Part shown: positions 62,470-64,000 of the stretch, piece after piece
Numbering within the stretch: position 1 is the first letter of the stretch
Layout of the letters: each line of letters starts with the position of its first letter
NCBI RefSeq assembly: GCF_032062105.1
Contig: NW_026928375.1
Coordinates: forward strand, 1 to 64,000
Origin: Saccostrea cucullata
Lineage: Eukaryota
Length of the DNA stretch: 64,000 bases
Direction of reading: 5' to 3'
Program-made: the position numbers and the translations under genes
Notes under the pieces: generated by a model
Database searches by the model: none
The model's input: the letters and a program-made list of their open reading frames with translations, nothing else
Told to the model about the DNA's origin: nothing

Positions 62470-63460
62470 TGTTATGAATTTAGGTGGGCCTGTACCTTGT
62501 GCCAACCATAGTTATTACTTATGATTATTATTTTACCTTAGCATGGATATTTACAAATTACTACGGTGTGTAGATACCATATTTCAAGTGATTATTTGTG
62601 TTGATGCCAATTTATTTATAATCTATTAGCTTTGATTGAAAGCGAAAGTAGAAACATGCCGTTTCACAAGGACTGAATGTGTTGTTTACATTCGTTCGGG
62701 ATGTTGTTCTCGACCCTTGTGGCATTAAATATGTGTCATTACGCACAGTAATGCTTACCTGTGTTTATTTCATGTTTTACCATCCACCATAAGCGATATT
62801 TTATCCATAATCCATGTTTACAGCCCTAATGTGCTTCGATTTCCCTCCGTATTTCAATACTTCGGCCTGAAGTTTCGCACGCGCTACCTTGTTTGTTAGA
62901 CGCTCGCTGATTGGATAATGACGTAACTCTTCTGTGTTTATAAACAGAGGCCCGTTGTAGGTACCAGTTTGGAATTTACATTTGCCAGAGTTAGATTGTG
63001 ATTACGGAGCCTTAGAATGGCCTAGAAGGTGTTATTTAATAACCCATCCAAATTACAGAAGTTGACTATTTAATTGTAATAGTGTGCACCTTCTCCAGTT
63101 ACCAGAGTTTCCCTTATATACTCCTGACATATATTTGTTTACATTAGCAACGTCTGCTACCGCCCCTTCATTTCCATATCTTTGCACCTTCGCTTCCAGA
63201 GTGGTGCACCTTCTATTTTTACACCTTCCCAAAGTATCCTGGAGGTTCCAAATATCGCGTTAATTTTATGTACTTTTATACAATAAATTATTACATGTTT
63301 CTTTTATACAAAGACTTTCTCTTGTTTTGTTGACTGTCTAAAGGTACAGAGCCCACGTATTATTATAACGAAAAGCTGTAGAGTTATTTATACCGGGTCT
63401 ATTACAAATATTTAAGGCACGGCATATTAATTATTAATCAAATGTATAATTTTCGTTACA
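62470..63460 (+). repeat. 3' LTR of element 2
   Basis: Roughly 97% identical to the 5' LTR by manual comparison, with a few small indels. Confidence 0.95.
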
Positions 63461-64000
63461 TTATATAATTCTATGATTAAAAATCTTATTTCTGTTTAAC
63501 CAGATTCAACACTTAGCTGAAATGTCACACCCAATCAATATAAATCATGTTTTGCAAATATGTTGTTTTCTGAAAAATTGTTGTTAGAAATACATAATAT
63601 TATTCAAGAACTTTTTTTTCTTGTTGATGTTACCTTTTATTTATCCTACGTTTATCAAATATATATTTATATAAATGCAATTCTTGATTGATTTTTTGCT
63701 ACCTGTTTTATCGACTTGGATCAACGGAGACGCTAGTAAGACCCCTCGATATTTTGATCTGAGTTAGTACACTACCGACTGAGCTTTTACCATTAGGAAT
63801 TATTAAATCTATAATATAACATTATTATACCTTTTTAAAATCGAATTTTAAGTTGAAATGAATCGTGTTATTGAATTGAAAAGAAATAATGCTGCTTACT
63901 GATCTAAAAAAAAAGAATATCAGTGTTTAAGGACATTTTATAACTTGTTTTAGGTACTTACATAATATCTTCAATAATCAATTCTTGCAATATTTGAATG

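Larger units (their letters stand above)
56205..63460 (+). mobile_element. Full-length but defective Ty3/Gypsy LTR retrotransposon (element 2)
   Basis: TG..CA LTRs of 994/991 bp, 4-bp TSD TTAT (56201-56204 / 63461-63464), PBS, PPT, gag + broken pol. Confidence 0.97.

Overview
AT-rich, intron-containing eukaryotic DNA, most likely a bivalve (oyster-like) genome judging from the repeat families recognised by eye. It is dominated by mobile elements. There are two full-length Ty3/Gypsy LTR retrotransposons. Element 1 (27071-34836) has one intact 1643-aa gag-pol ORF ending in a chromodomain, TA..TA termini, a tRNA-Ala PBS, mosaic LTRs and a kissing-hairpin RNA structure in its 3' UTR. Element 2 (56205-63460) is decayed, uses a tRNA-Leu PBS and a -1 frameshift, and sits next to an older LTR of its own family. 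Other elements are a triple-nested set of non-autonomous Helentron-like elements with a ~437-bp satellite, two Helentron-like elements with ~166-bp arrays, tRNA-derived SINEs, Penelope-like and Tc1 relics, a solo LTR and many MITEs. Host content was reconstructed by hand from splice signals. It comprises a 7-exon gene for a cysteine-rich type-I membrane protein (38462-55336, +), a probable decayed AID/APOBEC-like deaminase gene (18149-21500, +) and orphan minus-strand exons. All family assignments come from motif recognition, not database searches, and mismatch counts were done manually.
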